This document shows, one piece after another, positions 9,897 to 20,321 of a stretch of 61,687 bases of DNA. A program made the translations under genes and the position numbers. The notes below the pieces were generated by a model that searched no databases, was not told where the DNA came from, and saw nothing but the letters and a program-made list of their open reading frames with translations. The DNA lies in assembly GCA_002450835.1 (NCBI GenBank), contig DKAM01000030.1, positions 1 through 61,687 on the forward strand. Direction: 5' to 3'. The number at the start of each line of letters is the position of its first letter. The stretch's first letter is position 1. The stretch comes from Dehalococcoidia bacterium UBA6926 (GTDB lineage Bacteria > Chloroflexota > Dehalococcoidia > UBA6926).

Positions 9897-10853
9897 TTAT
9901 TCTGAACTTACTAACTTAATCCAAGTTGGATTAGTATCATTAGCATCATTAACGGTTAGCCTCGTCGGAACTCTCGTGTCAGAGCTTTGGATATAAATTT
10001 CAGGGTTACCATCTTGATCTGAAACATACGCAAACGTGTTACCGTCCAAAGCTCCACCCCAATCAGGTTGCGTCTGATTAGAATCTGATTGCATTGTTAC
10101 GTTTGCAGGTCTACGGCCATCTGCTTCAACACGATAAATTTCAAAAACACCACTAGCATTCGTGCTAAACATTATTAAGCGTCCGTTGGACTGGTAAGTC
10201 GCAAAGTCTTCTGATGTTCCGGATGCCTGAAAATCATTGCTGGTCCTAAATGTTTCATTAGGGACCTTGCCCATGGCTTTACCCTCAAGGTTCAACAACA
10301 AGAGATCCAAACTATTCTTAGTAAGATCGCCAACAGATACGATATAACCTACACCCTGCATATTGGTTCGAGGGTGGTAATGAGACATAGTGTCATCTTG
10401 GCTCAATCTTGTATAGCCTGAACCGTCTGAGGAACTAATGGAGTAAATTTGATAATTACCATCTGCAACTTGGGGATCACTGACTGAAAGAACCAATTTA
10501 TCCCCCTTGAATGACCATGTTACATAATCAATTACGCCTGGTATGGTTCCATTAGTTAAATTTTGCGCCCCAGTGCCATCTGGATTCATAGTGTATATAT
10601 CAGTGCCGTTATTTCCAGATTTAATCCACGCCAATTTAGCGCCATCTAAACTTAAGCTAGGGATCGTGTCTTCAGCGGGGTCGGTGGTAAGCCTTTGAAG
10701 GTTCGTCCCATCATCCCATATCGAGTAGATCTCTGACTGACCATCTCGATCAGATTGAAAATATATGGGAGTACCTACTTGCTCGGAGCAAGCTGCGGAT
10801 ACTAAAAATGTTATGGCAAAGCCTAGTAATACTAGTACCCTTGTAACTATCAT
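9897..10853 (-). CDS. TolB-like beta-propeller (PD40 repeat) lipoprotein
   Basis: Lipobox VSAAC; repeats of F.SDRDG..EIY, RLT......P.W; start moved to ATG 10853 after SD GAGG. Confidence 0.8.
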   Translation of the reverse strand: MIVTRVLVLLGFAITFLVSAACSEQVGTPIYFQSDRDGQSEIYSIWDDGTNLQRLTTDPAEDTIPSLSLDGAKLAWIKSGNNGTDIYTMNPDGTGAQNLTNGTIPGVIDYVTWSFKGDKLVLSVSDPQVADGNYQIYSISSSDGSGYTRLSQDDTMSHYHPRTNMQGVGYIVSVGDLTKNSLDLLLLNLEGKAMGKVPNETFRTSNDFQASGTSEDFATYQSNGRLIMFSTNASGVFEIYRVEADGRRPANVTMQSDSNQTQPDWGGALDGNTFAYVSDQDGNPEIYIQSSDTRVPTRLTVNDANDTNPTWIKLVSSE

Positions 10854-10947
10854 TTTAGATGCCTCTTTCACTTAACCTTAGCTTTTTCGATCTTCTCAAA
10901 AATCTAGTTACTTTAATATTGCTCCTGTTGTTTCAACCTAATGAAGG

Positions 10948-11886
10948 TTATCGCCCTCTTAGTCTTGGATCCAAAACATCTCTAAGAGCGTCTCCAAAAA
11001 CATTAAATCCAAATACGGCTAAACTCAAAGCTATACCTGGATATATTATAACGTGAGGAGCTAACTCCGCGAAGTCGAGCGCATTTGCATTAAGCATGCC
11101 GCCCCAAGATGGATGCGGTTCTGGAACACCTAAACCAAGAAAGCTCAATGAGGCTTCCGTCGTAATCGCAGAGCCTAATTGGCCTGTAACAACGATAATC
11201 CAAGGAGCCATCGAGTTCGGGATAATATATTTCCATATCAACCGCCAATGTCCGGCCCCAATTGTTTTACCTGCAAGGACGTAGTCAGTGCTCACAACAC
11301 TAAGTGCCTGAGATCTAACCACTCTAACCATTCTAGGCAAGGTCGGAACCGATATTGCAACGATGGTAGCTTCAATGCTGAATGTCTGAAGTATGGCAAC
11401 AATCGCCATGGCTAAGATTAAGCCTGGAAATGCCTGTAGAATATCAACGATTCTTTGACCGATTAAATCGGATTTCCCACCGAAATAGGCACTCATTACA
11501 CCCAGAACACCCGCAATACTACCTGCACCCAAGGCAACAGCAAAACCAACATATAATGATATTTGTGCGCCGTAAACTATTCTTGTGAACAAGTCTCTTC
11601 CGTAGCGGTCTCCACCCAGCCAGTTCTGACCATCAGGTGGGACTAACTGTGCAGTAGCGTCAAGAGCATACTTATATGGTTGGTCTCCTGTATAACCAGC
11701 CGCATTAGCTGCGAAATATGACCATAAATCAGCAGTTACGGCCGCCAATCCCAAAAAAGCACATAGGACCAGCCCTAGCAAACCTAGGGGGCGTCGTTTC
11801 CAAAGCAACCAATTCTGTTGCCAAATGTTCCTTCGCCTAAAAGCTCCCAAAACTTCCGTGACATCTGATTCTGTCTGGGCAGTCAT
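10948..11886 (-). CDS. Dpp/Opp-family ABC permease (DppC-like)
   Basis: LGGDRYGRDLFTR, EASLSFLGLG, PSWG, GDALRDVLDPR. Confidence 0.92.
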   Translation of the reverse strand: MTAQTESDVTEVLGAFRRRNIWQQNWLLWKRRPLGLLGLVLCAFLGLAAVTADLWSYFAANAAGYTGDQPYKYALDATAQLVPPDGQNWLGGDRYGRDLFTRIVYGAQISLYVGFAVALGAGSIAGVLGVMSAYFGGKSDLIGQRIVDILQAFPGLILAMAIVAILQTFSIEATIVAISVPTLPRMVRVVRSQALSVVSTDYVLAGKTIGAGHWRLIWKYIIPNSMAPWIIVVTGQLGSAITTEASLSFLGLGVPEPHPSWGGMLNANALDFAELAPHVIIYPGIALSLAVFGFNVFGDALRDVLDPRLRGR

Positions 11887-11938
11887 AAAAAATCTCCTTA
11901 ACAGTCAGTAATGTTTTAATGAACGATCGAACGCGATA

Positions 11939-12895
11939 TTAATACCTAATCCGAGGGTCCAACCATCCGTAAATTAAATCAACTCCTAGGTTAGCCGCAA
12001 CAACGGTGAATCCCGTCAGAGTCACAACCAGTTGAACTACTGGGTAGTCTCTTTGGTTAATGGCATCTACCATCATCCTGCCAATGCCAGGAAGCCCGAA
12101 CACCTGCTCAGTTACAACAAGTCCGGTAACCGTGAGTGGAATAAATATACCAATCAAGGTTATAACGGGTATCATTGCATTTCTCATAGCATGGCGGACA
12201 ATTATAATATTTTCTCTTAATCCTTTAGATCGAGCGGTCCTAATATAGTCTTCTCTCATAACCTCCAACATTGTTGCCCGCATCATCCTGAGGGGAACTC
12301 CCATCAAGAATCCCAAACCAATGATTATCGAAGGCCATATAAGTTGAGCTAAATTACGCATAGGATCTTCCCAGAGGGGCACATACCCTTGTTCAGGAAT
12401 CCATCCCCAAAATCTGACGAATACCAATATGAGCATCATCCCACTCCAAAAAGTCGGAACGGAAATTCCTAATATAGCTATTACTCGAATTACGTAGTCT
12501 GCCCAACTATCTTGTTTAAGGGCAGCGATGACTCCACCAATGACACCCAATATACTTCCTCCGACTAAGCCCATAATTCCAACCTGGGCACTCAACGGAA
12601 GTTTTCTACTGAGTAATTGGGTCATTTCAGCATTGTAGAAATAGCTCTCTCCCCAATTGAACGTAATAAGACCCCATAACCACTCAAAATACTGTATATA
12701 TAGAGGTCGGTTTAAACCTAGTTTTTCGCGAAGTGCTTCTAACTGCTCTGGGGTTCCTACTAAGCCTGAATCACCCCCCAATATCAGCACAGCTACATCA
12801 CCGGGAGCCACTCTCATCACTCCAAAAACCACGACCGTAACACCTAACAGGGTCGGTATAGCTAATAATAAGCGTCTAATAACATAGGTCCACAT
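11939..12895 (-). CDS. Dpp/Opp-family ABC permease (DppB-like)
   Basis: YVIRRLL, APGD, EDYIRTARSKGL, RDYPVVQ, LDPRIRY. Confidence 0.92.
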   Translation of the reverse strand: MWTYVIRRLLLAIPTLLGVTVVVFGVMRVAPGDVAVLILGGDSGLVGTPEQLEALREKLGLNRPLYIQYFEWLWGLITFNWGESYFYNAEMTQLLSRKLPLSAQVGIMGLVGGSILGVIGGVIAALKQDSWADYVIRVIAILGISVPTFWSGMMLILVFVRFWGWIPEQGYVPLWEDPMRNLAQLIWPSIIIGLGFLMGVPLRMMRATMLEVMREDYIRTARSKGLRENIIIVRHAMRNAMIPVITLIGIFIPLTVTGLVVTEQVFGLPGIGRMMVDAINQRDYPVVQLVVTLTGFTVVAANLGVDLIYGWLDPRIRY

Positions 12896-12971
12896 GATTA
12901 ACCTTGCCCTCCCAATTTCATGGTTAGTCAGATCTGAAAAAAATCAATCTTTAAAAACATTGATTTCGATC

Positions 12972-13000
12972 ACTCTAGGCAGACATTCAACTCCTGTCAA
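12972..13000 (-). promoter_or_regulatory. Putative sigma70 promoter for dppBC
   Basis: Minus strand TTGACA-17 nt-TAGAGT. Confidence 0.55.
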
Positions 13001-13093
13001 CCCATTTTCATGGATATTTGCAGGATACGGAATTTTATACGCAAAAAAAGTGTGTTTTTAAGGAAAATAAGGAGATTTAAGATTTATACCATT

Positions 13094-13591
13094 TTAATCG
13101 TAGGAATATCCCATTAAAACAACATCTTTAGTCTGCCCAAATAAGTGGGTCACAGAGGGCATAAGTCCCCATCGTTCGAATCTTTTGTTTTCAAAAAGCT
13201 TAATGCTTGGCAAGTTATCGGCATAAATTACTGCAATAAGAGTTAAAATATCCTTGGATCGGGCGTTTTCAATTACAAGGTCCACCAGTGCAGACCCTAA
13301 ACCTTGTCCTCTATTTTCTGTAGAAACGTAAACGCTGACCTCAGCTGTGTGTCTGTATGCTGGGTTACCGTAATAATCACGAACGCTTACCCAGCCGCAA
13401 ATATCTTGATTGCTCCCAATTGCCACCCATATTGGACGAGTTTTATTACTATGCTTGCGAAACCAGTCTACTCGATCTTCTACTGATAAACTTTGTTCGT
13501 GTGAGGTAAAACCTTGCATAACAGCTTGGTTATATATTTCTACTATCGCTTCTAGATCATCCTCGGTAGCGTAGCGAAAATGTATATCCAT
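13094..13591 (-). CDS. GNAT N-acetyltransferase (YncA/Pat, phosphinothricin acetyltransferase-like)
   Basis: AIVEIYNQAV, AYRHTAEVSVYV, RGQGLG, N..SIKLF. Confidence 0.85.
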   Translation of the reverse strand: MDIHFRYATEDDLEAIVEIYNQAVMQGFTSHEQSLSVEDRVDWFRKHSNKTRPIWVAIGSNQDICGWVSVRDYYGNPAYRHTAEVSVYVSTENRGQGLGSALVDLVIENARSKDILTLIAVIYADNLPSIKLFENKRFERWGLMPSVTHLFGQTKDVVLMGYSYD

Positions 13592-13677
13592 TATATTTTA
13601 CTCATTCAAATCAAGCAGTGAATTTATTCAGCGATTTATACTTCAAAAACACACTATACCATCGAACCTGATCTATT

Positions 13678-13753
13678 TGGTGCCCCCAAGGGGGTTCGAA
13701 CCCCTGTTGGCGGCTTGAAGGGCCGCAGTCCTAGGCCACTAGACGATGGGGGC
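13678..13753 (-). tRNA. tRNA-Glu(TTC)
   Basis: Reverse complement GCCCCCATCGTCTAGTGGCCTAGGAC-GCGGC CC TTC AA GCCGC-...GGTTCGAACCC...GGGGGCACCA; CCA encoded. Confidence 0.97.
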
Positions 13754-13864
13754 AAATTAAATAGCCGTTCAAACTATACCCAACAAACATCCACGTGTAA
13801 AAGGGTTAACGACAAGAATATTAGATGTCTTGGCGAAAATTATGGAAAAATAGATCAATTTGAC

Positions 13865-14695
13865 CTAAAACGAGTTGTGCTCTAAAGCGTTAAAAAAGGA
13901 TAAAATTAATTGATTGTACTCAACACTTCGTTCAAATGGAGAACCATGCCGGGTCGGGAAGATATTGATACTAGTTTCCGCATTATCCAAGGCCGATCCT
14001 ATCTCTAGCGCCTCATCAGGTCCAGTGTATTCATCTCCAGATCCTACAATTATTAGGGTTGGAGCCGTGATTTGGTTTAAAGGAAATTCGCCTGATTTAC
14101 CTGGTGCGCCCACTACATGGATATATTTTTCGACATTATTAGACGTCATGATATTCCTGTGCCATTCAATGATTTCGGGCCGAGCCAAGACAAATTCGGG
14201 AGTGTAAACGCTTGATAGCCAACCATCAAATACTGAATCCATGCCACCCGATCGTATTGATTCTTTACGCTCTAATATTGCTTTCAACTCATCATCTGCA
14301 TCAACAGTATCTGGATCTAATTTGCCTCCGTTAGAAATTACCAACGCCCAAACTTCTTCCGGATAGCTAGCTGAAAAATTTCTGGCGATACCAGCACCCA
14401 TTGAATAACCTAGTACCGCTGTATTATTTATATTCAAGGACTGAAGTAATTCATGTAAATCCTCGACAAAAGTTTTTTGATTGACAGGAACATCCAGTGG
14501 AGTTTCTGTTGCGCCATGACCACGAACATCATAAGTTAAAACTCTATACGTTTTCTCTAACTCTCTTACTTGGTATTCCCAAGCGAGATGATTATCGCCA
14601 GATCCATGGATCAACGTGACCCAAGGGTGATCAGATTGACCACTTATCTCATAATATTGCCTTATCCCATTTGCTAACTTAAATTGACCTGTAAT
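13865..14695 (-). CDS. Alpha/beta hydrolase (PcaD/MenH-like)
   Basis: LIHG, YDVRGHG, nucleophile GYSMG, GSGD, catalytic H near the C-terminus. The frame stays open upstream of the track's TTG (14614) to an ATT at 14695 with SD AAGGAG. Confidence 0.85.
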   Translation of the reverse strand: MTGQFKLANGIRQYYEISGQSDHPWVTLIHGSGDNHLAWEYQVRELEKTYRVLTYDVRGHGATETPLDVPVNQKTFVEDLHELLQSLNINNTAVLGYSMGAGIARNFSASYPEEVWALVISNGGKLDPDTVDADDELKAILERKESIRSGGMDSVFDGWLSSVYTPEFVLARPEIIEWHRNIMTSNNVEKYIHVVGAPGKSGEFPLNQITAPTLIIVGSGDEYTGPDEALEIGSALDNAETSINIFPTRHGSPFERSVEYNQLILSFFNALEHNSF

Positions 14696-14742
14696 TTTTT
14701 GCTCCTTTAGATACCATGAATTACTAAATTGAAATCTGAAAT

Positions 14743-15780
14743 TTACGGAAACAAAGCGAGACCCATCAAACCTTGTGTCTCTTTGATATCCAACATCACG
14801 TTCATATTCTGGATGGCCTGCCCTGCTGCCCCTTTAACCAGGTTATCTATAGCAGTTACTACTACTATTTTCCCCGATCGAACATCTAAAGTAGGATGAA
14901 TTTGGGTCATATTACTACCTGCTACTTGCTTTGTATGGGGAGGTGCATCTGTGACTCTTATGAATGGCTCATCTCTATAAAATTCTTTAAACAAATCCGT
15001 CAATTGTTTTTGCCCACCATCATTCATGGGTAAAGCGCTATCTAAAGGATGGGTATATATCGTACTTAAAATACCTCTCGTCATAGGAATTAAATGTGGA
15101 GTAAAAGTCACTGCCCAATCAACAGAAGAATTTAATTCAGCTAATCCTTGCTCTATCTCTGGCAAATGCCTGTGACCTTGCAGCCCATATGCTGACACAT
15201 CTTCGTTAGCTTCCGAAAAGTGAACATTAAGGCCAAGAGATCGACCCGCACCAGAAACACCTGATTTAGAGTCTACTATTACGTCTTTTGTAATCATAGT
15301 TTCAGAAACTAAAGGTGCTAACCCTAGTAGGGCTCCTGTGGGGTAACAACCAGGATTAGCGACCAAACGAGATACACTTACTTTGTCTCTATTTAATTCT
15401 GTTAACCCGTAGACCGCTTGATCCATATATTCTGGTGCTGGGTGTTCGACATACCACGACTCATACTCTTTTAATGAATCCAATCTAAAGTCGGCAGAGA
15501 TATCGACTACTTTTACCCCCTGGTTTAAATATCCAATACACGCTTCAGCACTAGCCTTGTGGGGCAATGCAGAAAAAATTACATCAGGGTTTTCGATTTC
15601 CCCCTCATCTTTTATTAGTTGGTTCATACCATCAAGATGAGGCAAAAAGGTCTCCAATTCAGTTCCAGAAGCACTGCGGCCAGTAACGCCGACCAAATCT
15701 ACATCAGGATGAAACTTGAGCAACCGTGCTAACTCCATCCCTGCGTAGCCAGTCACGTTAATTATGCCTGCTCTAATCAT
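14743..15780 (-). CDS. argC: N-acetyl-gamma-glutamyl-phosphate reductase
   Basis: TGYAG, DISADFR, ANPGCYPT, SGVSGAGR, HRHLPEI, DNLVKGAAGQA. Confidence 0.96.
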   Translation of the reverse strand: MIRAGIINVTGYAGMELARLLKFHPDVDLVGVTGRSASGTELETFLPHLDGMNQLIKDEGEIENPDVIFSALPHKASAEACIGYLNQGVKVVDISADFRLDSLKEYESWYVEHPAPEYMDQAVYGLTELNRDKVSVSRLVANPGCYPTGALLGLAPLVSETMITKDVIVDSKSGVSGAGRSLGLNVHFSEANEDVSAYGLQGHRHLPEIEQGLAELNSSVDWAVTFTPHLIPMTRGILSTIYTHPLDSALPMNDGGQKQLTDLFKEFYRDEPFIRVTDAPPHTKQVAGSNMTQIHPTLDVRSGKIVVVTAIDNLVKGAAGQAIQNMNVMLDIKETQGLMGLALFP

Positions 15781-15859
15781 TCAATATTACCAACCCTTCT
15801 TAAGACTATCCTTTAATCAAATTACCCAGCCATACCCATAGTATAAAACAGAAAGCAAG

Positions 15860-16531
15860 TTAAAGTGATGCTGAAGGGCAAATTGTATTTAGAACGCACT
15901 CTTTACAATTAGGTTTGCTAGCAATACATACAGTCCTTCCGTGCTCAATCATGTCCATATGTGTTTGGTAGTATTTCTCCGGACTGATCAATCGTTCCAA
16001 TAAATTATGCGCTTTATCTGCGGAAATATTCTCATCAATCAAGCTCAATCGTTTTGAAACACGAAGGACATGGGTATCGACAGGGAAAGCAGCCAGTCCA
16101 AAAGAAAAAAGCAACACGCAGGATGCTGTTTTTCTGCCGACACCAGGTATGCTTGTTAGCCACTCGATTGATTCACCAACATCCATTTTGTTTATTAAAT
16201 CAATAGATAATTCACCATTTCTAGAAAAAATCTCAATCAATATATTTTTTATCCTAGGAGCCTTCACTTTGGAAAGTCCGCCAATCCTTATCGCGATCTC
16301 AATTTCTTCAACACTAGCGTTCATAACTTGATCCCAAGAACGATACTTCGTGGTTAAACGTTCATAACTTCTATATGTATTTAAATCAGAAGTATTCTGG
16401 GATAAAACAGTAAAAATTAATTCATCCAAGGGCGCCAAGCGTGGTTTCCATGATCGATTTCCATAGGAAAATTCTAATAGCTCTACAACGTCTTTTGACC
16501 TTTGTTCCCTAATTTTCGATAGAATAGACAT
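15860..16531 (-). CDS. Endonuclease III-family HhH-GPD DNA glycosylase with 4Fe-4S cluster
   Basis: LSQNTSD, LTSIPGVGRKTA, PVDTHV, C-x6-C-x2-C-x5-C. Confidence 0.9.
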   Translation of the reverse strand: MSILSKIREQRSKDVVELLEFSYGNRSWKPRLAPLDELIFTVLSQNTSDLNTYRSYERLTTKYRSWDQVMNASVEEIEIAIRIGGLSKVKAPRIKNILIEIFSRNGELSIDLINKMDVGESIEWLTSIPGVGRKTASCVLLFSFGLAAFPVDTHVLRVSKRLSLIDENISADKAHNLLERLISPEKYYQTHMDMIEHGRTVCIASKPNCKECVLNTICPSASL

Positions 16532-16581
16532 GACAGTATTTTACACTGCGGCAGGATAGCAACAAAAAAAGAGAGGGTTGA

Positions 16582-17940
16582 ATGCAAGATTTAATGGTAG
16601 ACGCCTTGAAAGGGCATAATGCCGATTACGTTGAAATAAGATTGGAAACGTTAGATGGGAATCGCATCTCATACAGGGGTCGCGATTTAGAGGATATTAG
16701 CAGTTCCTTAAATAGCGGTGGCTGCGCTAGAGCCTACGTCGATGGGGCTTGGGGGTTTGTCACTTTTACGAAAACCGACGATCTAAGATCAAAAGTTGCG
16801 TTGGCTGTCAGCCAAGCAAGAATGGCAAATGGGGATGGGGGATCAATAATCGCGGCCGATCCTGTTATTAAAGAAATAGATCCTGTAATTGAAATGGATC
16901 CTTTTAAAATTTCAATAGAACATAAGGTTGCAACCTTAAAAGAGTACATCGAAGCACTCTGGACAGTAAAAACTTTACAAAGCACGAGCATAAATTATGG
17001 CGATCGAAAACGAACGACATATTTTGCAAATTCTGAAGGCAGCTACATCGCCCAAGAAAGAATTGATGTGACTTTGGGGGCAAGAGCTGTTGCAAGAAAA
17101 GACAGCGACGTACAACAATATGGGATTAGCATTGGAAGCCTTGGAGATTATGGAGTTGTTTTAGGTCTTGAGAAAGAAATGATGGATATCTCAATAAAAG
17201 CCAATGATCTTCTATCTGCACCGCAGATAGAAGGAGGAGAATACACGGTAATATGCGACCCCATTCTTGGGGGAGTATTCGCCCATGAAGCGTTTGGGCA
17301 TTTATCTGAATCAGATTTCATATATGAAAATCAGCAAATGAGAGAAATTATGGTTCTCGGAAGAAAATTTGGTGGGAATCATTTAAATATAGTTGATGGT
17401 GCTAGCGTACCTGGATTACGGGGTTCTTACGACTACGATGACGAAGGAGTTCCTGCACAAAAATCCCAGTTAATACATGAAGGTAAGTTAGTCGGCCGGC
17501 TGCATTCAAGGGAAACAGCTTCTAAAATGGGAGAAAATACTACCGGGAATGCACGGGCGATAGATTACAGGCACCCGCCCATCGTAAGAATGACCAATAC
17601 TTATATAGAACCTGGAGATGCGACTGTTGAAGAGTTGATATCGGAAGTCAAAGACGGAGTTTATGCAAAGAATTGGTATGGCGGCATGACCAGTATGGAA
17701 ATGTTTACTTTTTCCGCTGGAGAAGCGTACAGAATTAGAAATGGTAAGGTAGAAGAACTACTTCGACCTGTTGTGTTATCTGGGAACGTTTTTACCACCC
17801 TTGAAAATTTAGATGCTGTTGCCAATGATCTTGATATGAATCAAGGAGGCGGTTGCGGTAAAGCAGGCCAATCACCACTGCCGGTATCGAATGGTAGTCC
17901 CCATATAAGAATACAGAATTGTCTTTTGGGAGGATCTTAA
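16582..17940 (+). CDS. tldD: TldD metalloprotease
   Basis: HEAFGHLSE zinc motif, YDDEG, TGNAR, RMTNTY, CGK.GQ. Confidence 0.93.
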   Translation: MQDLMVDALKGHNADYVEIRLETLDGNRISYRGRDLEDISSSLNSGGCARAYVDGAWGFVTFTKTDDLRSKVALAVSQARMANGDGGSIIAADPVIKEIDPVIEMDPFKISIEHKVATLKEYIEALWTVKTLQSTSINYGDRKRTTYFANSEGSYIAQERIDVTLGARAVARKDSDVQQYGISIGSLGDYGVVLGLEKEMMDISIKANDLLSAPQIEGGEYTVICDPILGGVFAHEAFGHLSESDFIYENQQMREIMVLGRKFGGNHLNIVDGASVPGLRGSYDYDDEGVPAQKSQLIHEGKLVGRLHSRETASKMGENTTGNARAIDYRHPPIVRMTNTYIEPGDATVEELISEVKDGVYAKNWYGGMTSMEMFTFSAGEAYRIRNGKVEELLRPVVLSGNVFTTLENLDAVANDLDMNQGGGCGKAGQSPLPVSNGSPHIRIQNCLLGGS

Positions 17941-17941
17941 A

Positions 17942-19276
17942 ATGGATGCTAATGACAAAAATTTATTGGAAATGACACTAGATTACGCTGCAAAAACATG
18001 TGAAGAAGCGGAAATATTATTGTATCAAAATATTTCCACGCCAGTAGGATTTGAGGCTGAGAAACTAAAAGACATTGAAACAAGAGAGTCTTGGGGGATC
18101 GGTGTAAGGGTTATTAAAGACGGGAGAATTGGAATCTCTTCTACGAATAATCCGACAAATTATCAGCTGGTAGTAGACCGTGCTAAAGATCTGGCGAAAT
18201 TCGGTCCCGAAGCACATTTTAGCTTCCCTGCAAGTCAAAATTTTAGTGCCTTAAATACACTTGATCCTTCCGTAGAGACAGTACCGATTAAAACAATGAT
18301 CGAATCTGGGAATAGGATGATCCAACAGGTGAAACAAGGGAAAAAGGATGTGCTGTTTGATGCTGGGCTTCAAAAATCAACGTCGCAGTTTGGATTGATG
18401 AATTCGAACGGACTATCTTTTTCCTACAACAAAAGCAGTTTTTCTTCCTGGCTTTCTGGCACCTTAATTAGGGGTACAGATATGTTATTTGTTTCAGAAC
18501 GGAAAAGAAGCGTAGGGCCAGATTGGGATTTCGGACAACTGATATCAGGAGTCGAAAGGCAACTAAACTGGAGCAAAAAAACCGTGGGTTCACCTTCGGG
18601 GAATATCCCTGTTCTATTCATGCCTAGAGCAGTAATCTCAATATTATTGAGTCCTTTCCTTTCGGGCATAAATGGCAAATCAGTACTTCACGGATCCTCC
18701 CCATTAGCTGAAAAAATTGGAACGCAGATTTTCGACGAACGAATCTCAATCTATGACGATCCGTGGCTCGACAATAAACTTACGGCTCGGTTTGCTGACG
18801 ATGAAGGAGTTGCAACTGTTCCAAGGCACCTCGTTAAAAATGGCGCCCTTGAAACAATTTTATATGACCTCCAAACGGGGGGGCAGAGTGGAAAAGGAAG
18901 TACGGGGAATGCATCACGAGGCTTAGGTTCGATGCCTTCAGTTTCTAGCTCTTACTTGACAATAGCCGAAGGGAATTCAAGCATGGAAACACTGCTCAAC
19001 AAAATAGACGACGGCATCTTGGTAGAACAGCTTATTGGAATGGGACAAGGAAACACTCTGGGTGGAGATGCCGGAGGGAATATCTTATTAGGGTATAGAG
19101 TTAAAAACGGGGCAATAGAAGGGCGAGTAAAAGATACGATGCTCAATTGCAATATATACGATGCACTAAATAACCTAAATGAAATAGGTAGCGAATCCGA
19201 GGAGATCGGTGGATCTTTATTAAGCCCCCCGATACTATGCGATAATATTTCTATTTCTCCAAGAGAAGGTAATTAA
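17942..19276 (+). CDS. pmbA: TldE/PmbA non-catalytic partner
   Basis: GIGVRVIKDGRIG, DDEG, STGNASRG; no HExxxH; 1-bp gap after tldD. Confidence 0.88.
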   Translation: MDANDKNLLEMTLDYAAKTCEEAEILLYQNISTPVGFEAEKLKDIETRESWGIGVRVIKDGRIGISSTNNPTNYQLVVDRAKDLAKFGPEAHFSFPASQNFSALNTLDPSVETVPIKTMIESGNRMIQQVKQGKKDVLFDAGLQKSTSQFGLMNSNGLSFSYNKSSFSSWLSGTLIRGTDMLFVSERKRSVGPDWDFGQLISGVERQLNWSKKTVGSPSGNIPVLFMPRAVISILLSPFLSGINGKSVLHGSSPLAEKIGTQIFDERISIYDDPWLDNKLTARFADDEGVATVPRHLVKNGALETILYDLQTGGQSGKGSTGNASRGLGSMPSVSSSYLTIAEGNSSMETLLNKIDDGILVEQLIGMGQGNTLGGDAGGNILLGYRVKNGAIEGRVKDTMLNCNIYDALNNLNEIGSESEEIGGSLLSPPILCDNISISPREGN

Positions 19277-19284
19277 TTTAGATA

Positions 19285-20313
19285 ATGAGCAACGAGAGTA
19301 TCCTGAAATCGATAGAAGATGAGGAAACAACAATAGCTTCCCTAGAGGTTGGGTTATTATCTGATTTAGAGCCAAGCTCAGCAGCCATCATATCAGATAG
19401 CTTGTCTTCTTTATCACTAGAACGAGAAAAACAGCTTCTGGACCATCTGATCAATGTTAGTGAAGACAGATTCGATGTAAATTTCGATGAATTGTTCGCA
19501 AGAAAATTACAGAGTGAACGGCCTGAGATAAGAGAACTTTCCATAAAAGGTCTTTGGGAATGTAATGAAAGATCACTTATATCGACTTTACTAGATTTAT
19601 TAAGAAAAGATGATGCAGATGACGTTAGAATAGCAGCGGCAATAGGGCTACGGAAGTTTTCTGTTCTAGCCCAAGAAGGCAAATTATTAGATAGAGATTC
19701 TAGTAATATTTACCAGTCTTTAATCACGATCCTAGATGATGACAGTTATGAAACGGAAAATGAATTTCCGATTGAAATAAGAAGACGAGCAATCGAAGCA
19801 TTATCGCCTTACGACGATCCAAAAGTTCACGAGATTATCCTGGATAATTACCACAGTTTAGATGAACAGCTAAGAGCATCAGCAATATTTTCTATGGGAG
19901 AGAATGGAAACTCCGAATGGATATCCTATATATTAGAAGAAATGGAGAATCCCAATCCTGAGATTAGGTTCGAAGCAGTAGGTGCCCTTGGAAGAATTGG
20001 GGATGAAGCTTTGATCCCAGACCTAGCGAGAATGGCAAACGACGTTAATTTTGAAGTCATTTCCCAGGTTATCACTGCGCTCAATCTTATAGGGGGACCC
20101 ACCGCCATTAAAGTATTAAAACGGTTTCTCCAGCATGATAATACTAATGTTAGATCCTTAGCTCAAGACGCCTTAGAAAATATGGAAAAAGAACAACTAT
20201 CAATCGAAGAAATATCCAATGGAGACCTCTATAAATCTGCAGGCTCATCTGAAGAAGAAAATGAAGAAATTTTCTCCGAATTTGATGAAGGACTAGAGGA
20301 TTTTGATGAATAA
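19285..20313 (+). CDS. HEAT-repeat protein with acidic C-terminal tail
   Basis: Repeated D...VR..AA.ALG units (DDVRIAAAIGL, EQLRASAIFSMG, EIRFEAVGALG, NVRSLAQDAL); tail EEENEEIFSEFDEGLEDFDE. Confidence 0.85.
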   Translation: MSNESILKSIEDEETTIASLEVGLLSDLEPSSAAIISDSLSSLSLEREKQLLDHLINVSEDRFDVNFDELFARKLQSERPEIRELSIKGLWECNERSLISTLLDLLRKDDADDVRIAAAIGLRKFSVLAQEGKLLDRDSSNIYQSLITILDDDSYETENEFPIEIRRRAIEALSPYDDPKVHEIILDNYHSLDEQLRASAIFSMGENGNSEWISYILEEMENPNPEIRFEAVGALGRIGDEALIPDLARMANDVNFEVISQVITALNLIGGPTAIKVLKRFLQHDNTNVRSLAQDALENMEKEQLSIEEISNGDLYKSAGSSEEENEEIFSEFDEGLEDFDE

Positions 20314-20321
20314 AACAAAAA

